Source of the DNA: Elusimicrobiota bacterium
GTDB taxonomy: Bacteria > Elusimicrobiota > Elusimicrobia > UBA1565
DNA length: 59,607 nt
Reading direction: 5' to 3'
Assembly: GCA_002401485.1 (NCBI GenBank)
Contig: NVTF01000001.1
Coordinates: 1 to 59,607 of the forward strand
The translations under genes were made by a program, and so were the position numbers. Positions within the stretch are counted from its first letter, which is position 1; each line of letters starts with the position of its first letter. A model generated the notes under the pieces. It did no database searches and was not told where the DNA came from. It worked only from the letters and a program-made list of their open reading frames with translations. This document shows positions 8,652-18,677 of this stretch, one piece after another.

Positions 8652-10718
8652 TTAGATGTTCCAGCGGGAGCCGCGGAGGTCTACTTTGCAGGAATCCGAA
8701 AATAGCGGCAGCATGCCTTTTATCTTTGGGATTACGGTTGCCGCGACTTCTTCGCCTGCGGCGATAATCTCTTTGGCGCGGTGCATCTCGGTCCAAGAAA
8801 ACCGGGATAAATCCGGGTGAATATTGACATGGGAAAGCCCCGAGCGGGACTTGGCAATCTCATATTCCATCGTATAAATCGTCTGAAACAACACCTGGAG
8901 CATGTTCGGGGACTGGAGCGCGGTGGGGAGTGTCAAATCTTTGAGCTGCGCCAGATCCAGACTCAACCGCCCCCCTCCTTCCCGGCGCTTGCGCAGTGCG
9001 GACTTGCGTTCTCCGGCGGGCATGGTGAGGTTCACCGATATCAGAATGTCTGCCCCCATCTGACTGACGACCTTAACAGGGACCGGATCAACAAGACCCC
9101 CGTCCACGAGAAATCGACCGCGGTAGGAGAACGGATTAAAAACCACCGGGATGCCGCAACTGGCTCGAATCGCCTCGGCAACCGGACCATCCTGAAAAAC
9201 GACCTCTTCCCCCGTTTCGATATCGGTCGAAACGCAGCGAAAGGGCCGCTCGAGATCAATAAATTCTTTATCGCCGAAATACGAGCGGATAAATCGAAGC
9301 AGGGTGGTCCCCGAAATAAACCCGGAACGCGGCAGGGTCAGATCCCAAAACAAATTTTCGTAAATCCATGCCTTATCAACCGAGTGGGCCAGCGCCTCTA
9401 TCTCCAAGCCGGACATGCCAAGCGAAAACAAACCGCCGACCAAGGACCCCATGGAGGTCCCCGCCACCATATCGATAGGGATATGTTCCCGCTCGAATTC
9501 CTTAAGAATTCCGATGAGGGCATAACCAAGCGCCGCCCCCGTGCCCAGCGCTACACCGACCCGCAAGCGCGCATACCGACGGGCAAGACTCTCAACCCCG
9601 CGCCGAGCCACGGGAAATTCGGCAAGAACGGCAAAGGGGGAATCCCCCCGCGCCGCACGCGCCGCCAACTCGGCCGGCCACGCCACGCGCACCCATTCTA
9701 GGCGCGAGGCGAGAGCGGCCTCTTTTGGCACCCGCTCGCCAAGCCATACATCAACGAGCCGCTTCGGCTCTGGAACATAACCCAACAACTCCAGCTCGGT
9801 GCGCTGGAACACGTCAATAGAATCCGCGTCCCCTACAAGCAGCCATTGATCGGCCTCATTAAGCACCGCTTTCTCGACATCCTCGAGCGGGTGCTCCAAC
9901 GCGAGAACCGCGAAATCAGAATGATCCCGCAATAAATTCATGAGCAGGAAAATACTGCGAAACAGTCGCCCGGAAAGCGCTCTTGGGTCCAGCGTCAACA
10001 ATCCGAGACCCGATGGATGCACCTGGACCAGATCCCGCAGCAATTGCGGGTCGTGCAGATCGCGCCCGCGCAAATCTTCTTCGGTGACAACCCGAGGATC
10101 AAGCCCAAACATCCGCGCCAGTCCCCCCGGTCCGTTCTCTATGCCGAAATCAACAAGAAGAACTTTTCGCCGCGTTTGTTCAACAAGCGACGCGGCAAAT
10201 GCCGCGGCAATGAAGCGGCGCGTGGCGGTCGCAATCGGGGCGATCACGGCCAACAGGCGAGGCTGGAGGGTCGGGAGAAGGCCCGCCGAACGTGTCCCCT
10301 GAAGCAACCGGTTGGAAAGCGTCCTCGACAATTGCAGAAGAATAGAGGGATTATCGCGAAGGACATTGGCGAAATCGGTCTTCGACAGAACTAAAAACTC
10401 GCTCGTCGCCTCGAGCACCGTGGTGAACGCGCGGGGCTCACCGGTCAACAACGCCAACTCCCCGAGCGTGTCTCCTCGGCTGGCATATCCCGACACAGAG
10501 TCACGCCCCTGCCGTTCGGTTCGCAATTCCACATGTCCCGAGGTAATCACGTAAAATGCGTCGGCCGTATCACCCTGCTGAAACAAGGTACTGCCCCGCG
10601 GCAGCGACAACGGTTTGAGCAGCCCTGCCACACGCTCCAGATCATCCAAAGCGAGGTCCTTAAAGAGAGAGATTCTCTTTAAAAACGGTTTCCAGGATTG
10701 AATTTCTTCGGGTGTCAT
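8652..10718 (-). CDS. Cyclic-nucleotide-binding domain / patatin-like phospholipase fusion (NTE family)
   Basis: 688 aa. The N-terminus is a cNMP-binding fold (GDTLGELALLTGEPRAFT). The C-terminus is patatin: GTSMGSLVGG (GxSxG) and VDGGLVDPVP (the DGG aspartate). Confidence 0.9.
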   Translation of the reverse strand: MTPEEIQSWKPFLKRISLFKDLALDDLERVAGLLKPLSLPRGSTLFQQGDTADAFYVITSGHVELRTERQGRDSVSGYASRGDTLGELALLTGEPRAFTTVLEATSEFLVLSKTDFANVLRDNPSILLQLSRTLSNRLLQGTRSAGLLPTLQPRLLAVIAPIATATRRFIAAAFAASLVEQTRRKVLLVDFGIENGPGGLARMFGLDPRVVTEEDLRGRDLHDPQLLRDLVQVHPSGLGLLTLDPRALSGRLFRSIFLLMNLLRDHSDFAVLALEHPLEDVEKAVLNEADQWLLVGDADSIDVFQRTELELLGYVPEPKRLVDVWLGERVPKEAALASRLEWVRVAWPAELAARAARGDSPFAVLAEFPVARRGVESLARRYARLRVGVALGTGAALGYALIGILKEFEREHIPIDMVAGTSMGSLVGGLFSLGMSGLEIEALAHSVDKAWIYENLFWDLTLPRSGFISGTTLLRFIRSYFGDKEFIDLERPFRCVSTDIETGEEVVFQDGPVAEAIRASCGIPVVFNPFSYRGRFLVDGGLVDPVPVKVVSQMGADILISVNLTMPAGERKSALRKRREGGGRLSLDLAQLKDLTLPTALQSPNMLQVLFQTIYTMEYEIAKSRSGLSHVNIHPDLSRFSWTEMHRAKEIIAAGEEVAATVIPKIKGMLPLFSDSCKVDLRGSRWNI

Positions 10719-10763
10719 CGTCGTCAGTCCGGCGGAGAAAAATTGATATACTGTCGTGCGCTG

Positions 10764-11360
10764 TTAGGTTCGCCTGACTGCGCAGGCAAGCAGCCCGATA
10801 ATGGTCTTTGCGTCCTTAATCCGGCCTGAAGCTACCCAATCGAGTGCCTTATAAAATGGAATTTTGACGGCGTCAATAAATTCATCGTCGTCAGGATCCA
10901 GCGCCCCGGGACTGAGCCCCTCCGCTCGATAAATAAACATCGACTCGTTGGAGAAGGCCGGAGCGGGCCAAAACGTCAGCAAGCGTCGCATGCGTCGAGC
11001 GGAATATCCCGTTTCTTCGCGCAGTTCACGACGGGCGCAGACCAGCGGCTTTTCACGGGGCGACAGCTTGCCTGCCGGAAGTTCGTACGTGATTTTGCCG
11101 ATGGCATAACGATACTGACGGACGAGAACAACAGTCTTCGCATTGACAAAAGGAATGATGGTAACAGCGCCGGGATGGTCAACGTACTCGCGCACCGCGG
11201 TTTTTCCGTCAGGGAGACGGACCTGGTCCACATGAAAATTAATCGCGCGCCCTTTATGGATCACACGCTGACGAATGCACTTTTCGAGGAAAGATTTCGA
11301 CCGCGGCACGCCGGGATTATAGCCGAATAAGCCTGACCCCCACAACGACATGGCCTCCAA
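10764..11360 (-). CDS. NUDIX hydrolase (ADP-ribose pyrophosphatase-like)
   Basis: Nudix box GKLSPREKPLVCARRELREETGY. The ORF start overlaps the dnaE start head to head, so the true start is probably downstream (for example GTG at 11309). Confidence 0.82.
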   Translation of the reverse strand: MEAMSLWGSGLFGYNPGVPRSKSFLEKCIRQRVIHKGRAINFHVDQVRLPDGKTAVREYVDHPGAVTIIPFVNAKTVVLVRQYRYAIGKITYELPAGKLSPREKPLVCARRELREETGYSARRMRRLLTFWPAPAFSNESMFIYRAEGLSPGALDPDDDEFIDAVKIPFYKALDWVASGRIKDAKTIIGLLACAVRRT

Positions 11361-14300
11361 ACCTGAATTTGTTCACCTCCATAACCACAGCGAATATTCG
11401 CTCATGGACGGGACCACACGTTGGTCCGATCATTCCGGCAAAGCCCCCTCGCCTCTCCTGGAACGGCTCGCCCATGAAGGGGCGCGGGCGATCGCATGCA
11501 CCGACCACGGCAATCTCTACGGCGCCATTGAGTTTTATACACGCTGCCGAAAGGTCGGCATCAAACCGATTATCGGCTGCGAAATGTATCTCGCCAAAAA
11601 AAGCCGCTTTGATCGGGGCGGCTCACAGAAGGAAAACTGCCACATCACCGTTCTCGCCCGGAATTTGGAAGGGTACCAGAACCTCATGGCCCTTTCATCC
11701 AAAGCGTTTCTGGAGGGGTACTATTACGATCCGCGAATCGACAAGGACCTGCTCGCCGAACACTCAAAAGGCATTATCGTCCTTTCGGGCTGCTTAAAAT
11801 CCGAACTCAACCAAATGATTGCTTCAGGTGATCTGCAATCAGCAACCCAGCTCGCGATGGATTATCGCGACATTCTAGAGCCCGGCCAATTTTATCTCGA
11901 AATCATGGACCACGGTCTCGAGATGCAGCGCACCGCCTTAAAGGCCCTGCTTGAAATAAACAAGAAGACCAAAATCCCATTAATCGCGACCAACGACTGC
12001 CACTACGTCGGGAAAAACGACTATGTCGCCCATGATGCGCGGGTTTGTATTTCGACCGGGAAAAAACTCGCGGAAACAAATCGGCTTCGCTTTGAAAGTC
12101 ACGAGTTTTACTACAAGAGCGCGGCGGAAATGATGAAAATATTCCATTTCGCGCCTGAGGCCGTAACCAACACGGTCGAAATCGCCGAAAAGTGCAATCT
12201 TGAAATTCCCATGGGAGAGTCCATTCTCCCGACCTTCCCGTTGCCCGAAAATTACACCCAGGACAGCTACCTCGAAAAACTCTGCCGCGAAGGCCTGAAG
12301 GAGTTGGGCTTTAACGAGTCGGGCGCCTATCTCAAACGGCTCGAGTACGAACTAGGCATTATCACACGCATGGGGTACTCCGGCTATTTCTTAATCGTTT
12401 GGGATTTCATCCTTTGGGCCAAGAAGCAGAACATCCCTGTCGGCCCCGGCCGCGGCTCGGGAGCCGGCGCTCTTGTTTGCTACACGCTCGGCATCACCGC
12501 CGTTGACCCCATCGAACACGATCTTCTGTTTGAACGCTTCCTCAACCCTGATCGCGTGTCCATGCCCGACCTCGACATCGACTTTTCGGACGAAGGACGT
12601 CCCCGCGTCATCGAATATGTTCGCGATAAATACGGTCACGACAATGTGGCCCAAATCATCACCTTCGGATCCCTCAAGGCACGGCTGGCAATCCGTGACG
12701 TCGGCCGCGTCATGGACGTTCCGCTCTCCGAGGTCGATAAACTCGCGAAACTAATTCCTCTCGGCCACACCCTCAATCAAGCGATGGAAGGAGTGCCGGA
12801 ACTTCAGCAGGCGGCGAGCGACCCGCAAACAAAAAAACTGCTCGAACTCGCAAAAAAGCTGGAGGGGTTGAAGCGGCACACAGGGGTGCACGCCGCCGGC
12901 ATCGTGATCACGAAAGAAGCCGTCGTCAAATATACCCCGCTTGCGAAGTCCCCAAAATCCGACGTGATCACAACGCAGTACGACGGCGACTGGCTGCCGG
13001 AACTCGGCCTGCTGAAAATGGACTTTCTCGGCCTGCGCAACCTCACCATCATCGACGATGCCGTGAAACTGATTCGCAACCGCCACGATCCTGATTTCGA
13101 TATCGCCAAAATCCCCAGCGGCGACAAAAAAACCTACGCGCTGCTGCAGTCAGGGAAGGCGCTCGGTGTTTTCCAGCTCGACTCAGAAGGAATGCGCGAA
13201 CTGCTGCGCAGGCTCAAACCCACAACGTTTGAGGACATCTCCGCCTGCATCGCCCTCTACCGACCGGGACCCATGTCGAGCGGAATGTTGGACCTTTTTG
13301 TTGAACGCAAACACGGCAAGAAGGTTCGCTACGACCACAAACTCATGGAGCCGATTCTCAAAGACACCTACGGCTGCATGGTCTACCAGGAACAGGTCAT
13401 GGCCATCGCCAAAAGCCTTGCGGGCTTTACACCCGGCGAAGCCGATGTCCTGCGCAAGGCCATGGGGAAAAAAGTTCCTGAGGTAATGGAGAAGCTGCGC
13501 TCCCAATTCGTAGACGGGTGCAAGAAAAAAAAGATCGCCGATAAACTCGCGACCAAGGTGTTCGAACAAATTCTCAAATTCGGCGGCTATGGCTTCAATA
13601 AGTCGCACACCGTCGCTTACGGTACTCTCTCCTACCAGACCGGATACCTCAAAGCGAACTATCCCATCGAATATTACACAGCCTTGCTCACGTCCGAAAT
13701 CGGCAAAAGCGCCGTTTCCGTTGAAGGCAAGGAAAACAAGCTTGTCTCCTATCTTGAAGACGCAAAATCAGCGGGGTTTACGATTGGCGGACCCTGCGTG
13801 AATAAATCGTTTGAGAAATTTGCGATAGAAGACGAAAAGGACGGACCCGTCATCCGGTTCGGCCTGACAGCGGTCAAAAGCGTCGGCCAAGGCGCAGCCG
13901 AATCGATTGTTGAGGCGCGTGGATCCGACGGCCCTTTCAAATCTCTGGATGACTTCTGCCGGCGTGTGAATCTTAAGGCCGCCAACAAAAAATGCCTGGA
14001 ATCGTTGATCATGGCCGGAGGAATGGACGCCCTCATGGCCGGCCTTTCCATCGAAGAGGCGCGCGCGCGCCTGATGACGACGCTGGAGGCAACAGTCGGA
14101 CGGCAATCACGAATCAAGGCCGATTTAGAGAAGGGGCAAGGACTGCTGTTTGGAACCGATTTGCCTGTCGCACGGGCAGGCGGGGACGAATCCTCGGAAA
14201 AAATCGAACCCTGGCACGAACATGACCTTCTCAAACATGAACGTTCGGTTCTAGGCTTTTACCTGTCAGGACACCCCCTGGTACGCTACCAGGACATGCT

Positions 14301-14889
14301 TGGGTGCGTCTCCTCCCACCCGATCGAGGAACTCACGGCACTTGGCGAAGACGCTCCGAAACAAATTCGCCTTGCCGGCATGATATCGTCCATTAAGAAA
14401 ATTATTACACGCAAAGGCGACCCGATGGCCCGCGGCGTTCTTGAAGATTTAACGGGAGAGATCACGATGCTCGTGTTTCCCAAGGCATACGCTTCGGGGC
14501 TCGGCCAACAAATGAAATCCAACGCAATTGTGTCGGTTTCGGGCCGCCTGTCGTTTCCGACGAATTTTCGAGGGGACGATGATATCAAGCCCGCTCCGGA
14601 GCTTATCGTCGAAGAGATCATGCCCATCGACATGGCCATCAACCGATATGCGCGCGCACTCACCCTCCAGTTTTCTACAATAGGACTGGAAGAAAATTTG
14701 CTTGTGGACCTCAAACGGATACTGCGAAAGCACCCGGGAAGGATCCCTGTTTTTATTCAGTTGGACACACCGTCACATGGACAGACTCTTGTTGAAACCG
14801 AAGAACGCGTCGTTTTGAAAGACGGCCTCTTCGACCAACTTGAAAAGGTCTTAGGAGACAAAGCATGGAAGATCGAAAGCGTATCTTAG
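11350..14889 (+). CDS. dnaE: DNA polymerase III alpha subunit
   Basis: 1179 aa. PHP N-terminus FVHLHNHSEYSLMDG, polymerase core (PDLDIDF, GLLKMDFLGLRNLT) and an OB-fold tail. Confidence 0.97.
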   Translation: MASKPEFVHLHNHSEYSLMDGTTRWSDHSGKAPSPLLERLAHEGARAIACTDHGNLYGAIEFYTRCRKVGIKPIIGCEMYLAKKSRFDRGGSQKENCHITVLARNLEGYQNLMALSSKAFLEGYYYDPRIDKDLLAEHSKGIIVLSGCLKSELNQMIASGDLQSATQLAMDYRDILEPGQFYLEIMDHGLEMQRTALKALLEINKKTKIPLIATNDCHYVGKNDYVAHDARVCISTGKKLAETNRLRFESHEFYYKSAAEMMKIFHFAPEAVTNTVEIAEKCNLEIPMGESILPTFPLPENYTQDSYLEKLCREGLKELGFNESGAYLKRLEYELGIITRMGYSGYFLIVWDFILWAKKQNIPVGPGRGSGAGALVCYTLGITAVDPIEHDLLFERFLNPDRVSMPDLDIDFSDEGRPRVIEYVRDKYGHDNVAQIITFGSLKARLAIRDVGRVMDVPLSEVDKLAKLIPLGHTLNQAMEGVPELQQAASDPQTKKLLELAKKLEGLKRHTGVHAAGIVITKEAVVKYTPLAKSPKSDVITTQYDGDWLPELGLLKMDFLGLRNLTIIDDAVKLIRNRHDPDFDIAKIPSGDKKTYALLQSGKALGVFQLDSEGMRELLRRLKPTTFEDISACIALYRPGPMSSGMLDLFVERKHGKKVRYDHKLMEPILKDTYGCMVYQEQVMAIAKSLAGFTPGEADVLRKAMGKKVPEVMEKLRSQFVDGCKKKKIADKLATKVFEQILKFGGYGFNKSHTVAYGTLSYQTGYLKANYPIEYYTALLTSEIGKSAVSVEGKENKLVSYLEDAKSAGFTIGGPCVNKSFEKFAIEDEKDGPVIRFGLTAVKSVGQGAAESIVEARGSDGPFKSLDDFCRRVNLKAANKKCLESLIMAGGMDALMAGLSIEEARARLMTTLEATVGRQSRIKADLEKGQGLLFGTDLPVARAGGDESSEKIEPWHEHDLLKHERSVLGFYLSGHPLVRYQDMLGCVSSHPIEELTALGEDAPKQIRLAGMISSIKKIITRKGDPMARGVLEDLTGEITMLVFPKAYASGLGQQMKSNAIVSVSGRLSFPTNFRGDDDIKPAPELIVEEIMPIDMAINRYARALTLQFSTIGLEENLLVDLKRILRKHPGRIPVFIQLDTPSHGQTLVETEERVVLKDGLFDQLEKVLGDKAWKIESVS

Positions 14890-15242
14890 TCGCCGATGAT
14901 GATCCCGACCTTCTCGAGCTCCTGAAAATGGATCTCGATTTCCAAGGCTATGAAGTCATTGCGGCCCAAAACGGAAAGGAAGCCCTGGAACTGGGGGTCA
15001 AGGAAAAAGTCGATCTTGTTCTACTCGACGTCATGATGCCCTATATCGACGGCTACCATGTCGCGTCCGAACTTTCAGCCAAACTCGGGAAACAGGTTCC
15101 CAAAATTGTCATCATGACCAGCCGGGACACTGTTCGCGAAAAAGGAATCGCGATGATGAGCGGGGCGGTCTCTGTATTGCAAAAACCGTTTGAGATGGCA
15201 GCCCTCCACAAAAAGATCAAAGAAATTCTTGAAAGTCCTTAA
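14865..15242 (+). CDS. Stand-alone response-regulator receiver (CheY-like)
   Basis: 125 aa. ILVADDDPDLLELL...DLVLLDVMMPYIDG...SAKLGKQVPKIVIMTS...KPF. Overlaps the dnaE 3' end by 25 nt. Confidence 0.85.
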   Translation: MEDRKRILVADDDPDLLELLKMDLDFQGYEVIAAQNGKEALELGVKEKVDLVLLDVMMPYIDGYHVASELSAKLGKQVPKIVIMTSRDTVREKGIAMMSGAVSVLQKPFEMAALHKKIKEILESP

Positions 15243-15264
15243 AAACAAAAGGTATCCTCGCACT

Positions 15265-16233
15265 ATGAAACCCCTGGCACTCTCCACATTTATTCTTGTT
15301 TCTGCTGTTTTTGCAGCCTCTGCAGCTGAGCCCGCAGCCACACCCCCGCCCCCCAAGGATCCCTTGGTTGTTGCCCTCGAGGCGCTAAAAAGCGAGGACG
15401 CGATGACACGACGACGCGGAGCCTACAACCTGGGCGATTTACGCAATAAGAAAGGGGTGCAGCCCCTCATCAACGCCCTCAACGATGAAAATCCATTTGT
15501 TCGAACCGGGGCTATTTCCTCACTCGCCAAACTAGGCGCCAACGAATCCGCCAAAAAAATTCTCGCGATGCTCGGCAAGGATAAGGATTCTCAAGTCCGC
15601 CAGCAAGCGGCCAATGCATTCGCGAATCTCGATATAAAAGGGGAAGTCCAGGCCCTTATAAAAGCTCTCCAGGACGAATCGAAGGGCGTGCGTTTTGCAG
15701 CGGCACGAACCCTTGGCTCTACGCGTTCGCAAGCCGCCGCGAAAAAATTAGCAGAATTGCTGACCTCGCCGGAAGAAAACGCCGGGATGCGTCGTGTCGC
15801 GGCGGGTGCACTTCGCTCGATCCGTTCGAAAGAAACACTCCCCGCCCTCGAGCAAGCCCTTTCCGATGAGGATCTGAATGTTCGCCGCCAAGCGGTCCAG
15901 GCCGTTCAAGCGATCGGAAACAAAGGTTCGGTTCCGAAACTAAAAAAGCTCTTAAAGGACGAAGACGCCCAGGTGCGGGTCCTGGCTATTCAAGCCCTCG
16001 CCAAATTTGGCGACCACTCCGGCATCGCCACAGCCGTGGAGATGCTCGGACACACGGACGCGCGCGTTCGTCAACAAGCGGCCAATGCAATCGGTCGCGT
16101 CGGTTCCGGAAAGAAAACGATCGCCTCCCTGAAGAAAGCGATTAAAAACGAAAAAAACGCAGGCGTAAAACGCTCCATCACGTTCGCAATCCAGCGTCTC
16201 GAAGCGGCCGAGAAGAGGAAAGCTAAACAGTGA
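15265..16233 (+). CDS. Exported HEAT-repeat (PBS-lyase-like) protein
   Basis: In-frame ATG at 15265 gives the signal-like MKPLALSTFILVSAVFAASAAEP, then about 8 repeats of the type D.D..VR..AA.ALG. Confidence 0.8.
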   Translation: MKPLALSTFILVSAVFAASAAEPAATPPPPKDPLVVALEALKSEDAMTRRRGAYNLGDLRNKKGVQPLINALNDENPFVRTGAISSLAKLGANESAKKILAMLGKDKDSQVRQQAANAFANLDIKGEVQALIKALQDESKGVRFAAARTLGSTRSQAAAKKLAELLTSPEENAGMRRVAAGALRSIRSKETLPALEQALSDEDLNVRRQAVQAVQAIGNKGSVPKLKKLLKDEDAQVRVLAIQALAKFGDHSGIATAVEMLGHTDARVRQQAANAIGRVGSGKKTIASLKKAIKNEKNAGVKRSITFAIQRLEAAEKRKAKQ

Positions 16234-17018
16234 AAGCGCCGTTGGCCCTATTGGCGGCCTTACTCCTGACCGTCCCCGCCGCAGCCCAGTTCGGCACCGA
16301 CCGACAAAACCCTGTAGAAGGGGCACCCGCAGATCTCGGCGACGCCGAGTCCGGGGGACTGCTGCTCCCTGACACGACCCTCATCGATATGCCCACCTCC
16401 GCTGTTTTGGATCTCGGCGGCTTTGCGAGCCGATCACGTTTTTTCGCGCAAGGCGGCTTCGTGGATTGGCTGGGATTTGGGGTATACCCGCGCGTGAACC
16501 TGGGTGTTTCGGTCTACATCGATAAACTCATCGGCAACGACTCCCCCGTTCAATTAACGCGCCCGGAACTACAAGTCAAGATACGCTTCTTTGATGGAGA
16601 TCGGTTCATTCCAGCCTTTGCCGTCGGATTTGACGGGCAGGGTTGGCTCTACAATCGGCCCCGCAAGCGCTACAATCACAAACAACGCGGCGTTTTCCTG
16701 GTAGGCACACAAGAGATCGGAATTCCCGGATTGCAAATGCACGCCGGCATGAATATTTCGGATTTTGATTCGAATTCGATCTTTGGGATGCTCGGGTTCA
16801 GCCTCAACCTGCGCGATAAAATGAAGCTTATGGCCGAATGGGACGCGATCAACGACATCTTCAACAGCCGACTTAACACAGGAATACGGTTTTACCTGAC
16901 CCCCTATTTTAATGTCGATTTCGCGATCCGTGCTATCGGACACGGCGGGACGTTCTCCAATGGAATCCCGCGCAAGGCCGAGCGCATCGTGCAATTTAAG
17001 TACGTCGGCAATTTCTGA
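16230..17018 (+). CDS. Putative outer-membrane beta-barrel protein
   Basis: GTGA overlap start. Signal peptide VKAPLALLAALLLTVPAAAQ, alternating amphipathic segments, and a C-terminal ...KYVGNF (terminal Phe). Confidence 0.5.
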   Translation: MKAPLALLAALLLTVPAAAQFGTDRQNPVEGAPADLGDAESGGLLLPDTTLIDMPTSAVLDLGGFASRSRFFAQGGFVDWLGFGVYPRVNLGVSVYIDKLIGNDSPVQLTRPELQVKIRFFDGDRFIPAFAVGFDGQGWLYNRPRKRYNHKQRGVFLVGTQEIGIPGLQMHAGMNISDFDSNSIFGMLGFSLNLRDKMKLMAEWDAINDIFNSRLNTGIRFYLTPYFNVDFAIRAIGHGGTFSNGIPRKAERIVQFKYVGNF

Positions 17019-17046
17019 CGTCGTTGGCCGCATCGGAGGATCTTTC

Positions 17047-18102
17047 ATGGCGAAACGCATTGCTATTCTAACAGGGGGCGGCGATTGCCCCGGACTCAAC
17101 CCCGCAATTCGAGGGGTTGTTCTACGCGCGGCCCAAGAAGGCATCGAATGCCTCGGTCTGCGCCGAGGCTGGCTGGGTGCCATCAACGCCGATGCGATTG
17201 CACTTACCCCCAACGATGTTGCGGAAATCGTAGGGAAAGGCGGCACCATGCTTGGCTCCTCTCGAACAAATCCCTTCAAACGTGAAGGCGGCGCCGAAGC
17301 CGTTCTCGAGACCTTCAAGAAACTCAACCTCGACGCCCTTGTCGCCTGCGGCGGAGAGGATACCCTCGGGGTCGCGGCGAGGCTCTACGAAGAACACGGT
17401 GCCAATATCGTCGGGGTTCCCAAAACGATGGACAACGATCTTTCCGCGACTGATTACACCTTTGGACTTGACACGGCGACCACCCACGCCGTGGAAGCCC
17501 TCGAGCGTCTCCGCGATACCGGACGCAGCCATGGACGGGTCATGGTCCTTGAAGTGATGGGCCGGCTCGCCGGCTGGGTTTCCCTATTCGCCGGCATCGC
17601 CGGACCCGCCGATTATGCATGCCTGCCGGAGCGCACCGTAGACGTCGCGGATATGGTCGCCAAGGTCAAAGCGGCTCATGCCCTACGGGGAACAGCTCTC
17701 GTCGTCGCCTCCGAGGCCATCCAACTCCCGGGAGAAGGCGGCGGGGAAAAAGAACTCGATGAGTTCGGTCACGAAATTCTCAAGGATCGCGGGGTCGCCG
17801 ACCGCCTCACGGCCGTACTGAAAAAACACACCAACCTCGAAATCCGTTCCGCCGTGATCGGACACATTCAGCGCGGAGGACCGCCGACGTTGTTTGATCG
17901 CATTCTCGCAACCCGCGTCGGGGTCAAGGCCGCGGAACTCGTCATCAGCGGGGACTTCGGAAAAATGGTTGCCCTTAAAGGCAACTCGGTTGTACCCGTT
18001 TCCCTGAAGGAGGCCACCGCAACACTCAAGACGGTGACCCCCGAATGGTTGGAATTGCTCGATACCGTGACCGCACTCCAGAAAAAACCGGCGGCCGATT
18101 AA
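17047..18102 (+). CDS. pfp: 6-phosphofructokinase, predicted pyrophosphate-dependent
   Basis: In-frame ATG at 17047. MAKRIAILTGGGDCPGLN, CGGEDTLGVA, VPKTMDNDL and GHIQRGG. Asp and Lys sit at the positions equivalent to E. coli Gly104 and Gly124. Confidence 0.88.
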   Translation: MAKRIAILTGGGDCPGLNPAIRGVVLRAAQEGIECLGLRRGWLGAINADAIALTPNDVAEIVGKGGTMLGSSRTNPFKREGGAEAVLETFKKLNLDALVACGGEDTLGVAARLYEEHGANIVGVPKTMDNDLSATDYTFGLDTATTHAVEALERLRDTGRSHGRVMVLEVMGRLAGWVSLFAGIAGPADYACLPERTVDVADMVAKVKAAHALRGTALVVASEAIQLPGEGGGEKELDEFGHEILKDRGVADRLTAVLKKHTNLEIRSAVIGHIQRGGPPTLFDRILATRVGVKAAELVISGDFGKMVALKGNSVVPVSLKEATATLKTVTPEWLELLDTVTALQKKPAAD

Positions 18103-18677
18103 TGGCTGAAGAGAAGAGTTTTCAACGGCGCACGGTCTTAGTCAAACGGAACCTCCAGCTCAAATACGCCGCCGTTGTTTTTTCGGCGGTAGGATTCACC
18201 GCAATCATTGTTGGCGCTGACATCTACTACAACATGATTCGATTCATCCAAGAGGCGGATCCCGGAAGGATGTCCGACCTTACCAATGTCATTCGCATGG
18301 GCAGCGTTAAGCTCATCATCTTTCTCGGCATCATGGGTCTTGTCACCCTATTCGTGTCGCATCGCTGGGCGGGTCCGATCTATCGATTTGAACGATCCGC
18401 CCAAGTCGTTTCGACCGGTGATTTGTCCCATCGTGTTTCGCTTCGAACCGGCGACGACCTCATGGAACTGCAGGATGAAATGAACGCGATGATTGCCAGC
18501 CTGCAGCGCATGGTTCAGAAAGACCGAACCCTCATCGACCGCCTCTCGGGACGACTCGATGAGAGCATCAAACAAATCCCCGACAATGCCTCGGGAGACG
18601 ATCTCGAACGGCTTCGCACGGACCTCAAAGCCCTGCGCGAAGAAATCCACCACGTGACGCGAGCATTCACGGTCTAG
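18102..18677 (+). CDS. Two-TM HAMP-domain protein with a coiled-coil tail
   Basis: TAATG overlap start. Two hydrophobic segments, then RWAGPIYRFERSAQVVSTGDLSHRV (HAMP-like). No output domain. Confidence 0.65.
   Translation: MAEEKSFQRRTVLVKRNLQLKYAAVVFSAVGFTAIIVGADIYYNMIRFIQEADPGRMSDLTNVIRMGSVKLIIFLGIMGLVTLFVSHRWAGPIYRFERSAQVVSTGDLSHRVSLRTGDDLMELQDEMNAMIASLQRMVQKDRTLIDRLSGRLDESIKQIPDNASGDDLERLRTDLKALREEIHHVTRAFTV

Noticed and set aside
11309-11360. Head-to-head overlap of the Nudix and dnaE start codons as an unusual regulatory arrangement
   Set aside because: It is most likely an over-extended Nudix ORF. The dnaE start is strongly supported by the PHP motif right after it, and an in-frame GTG at 11309 gives a conventional Nudix N-terminus.
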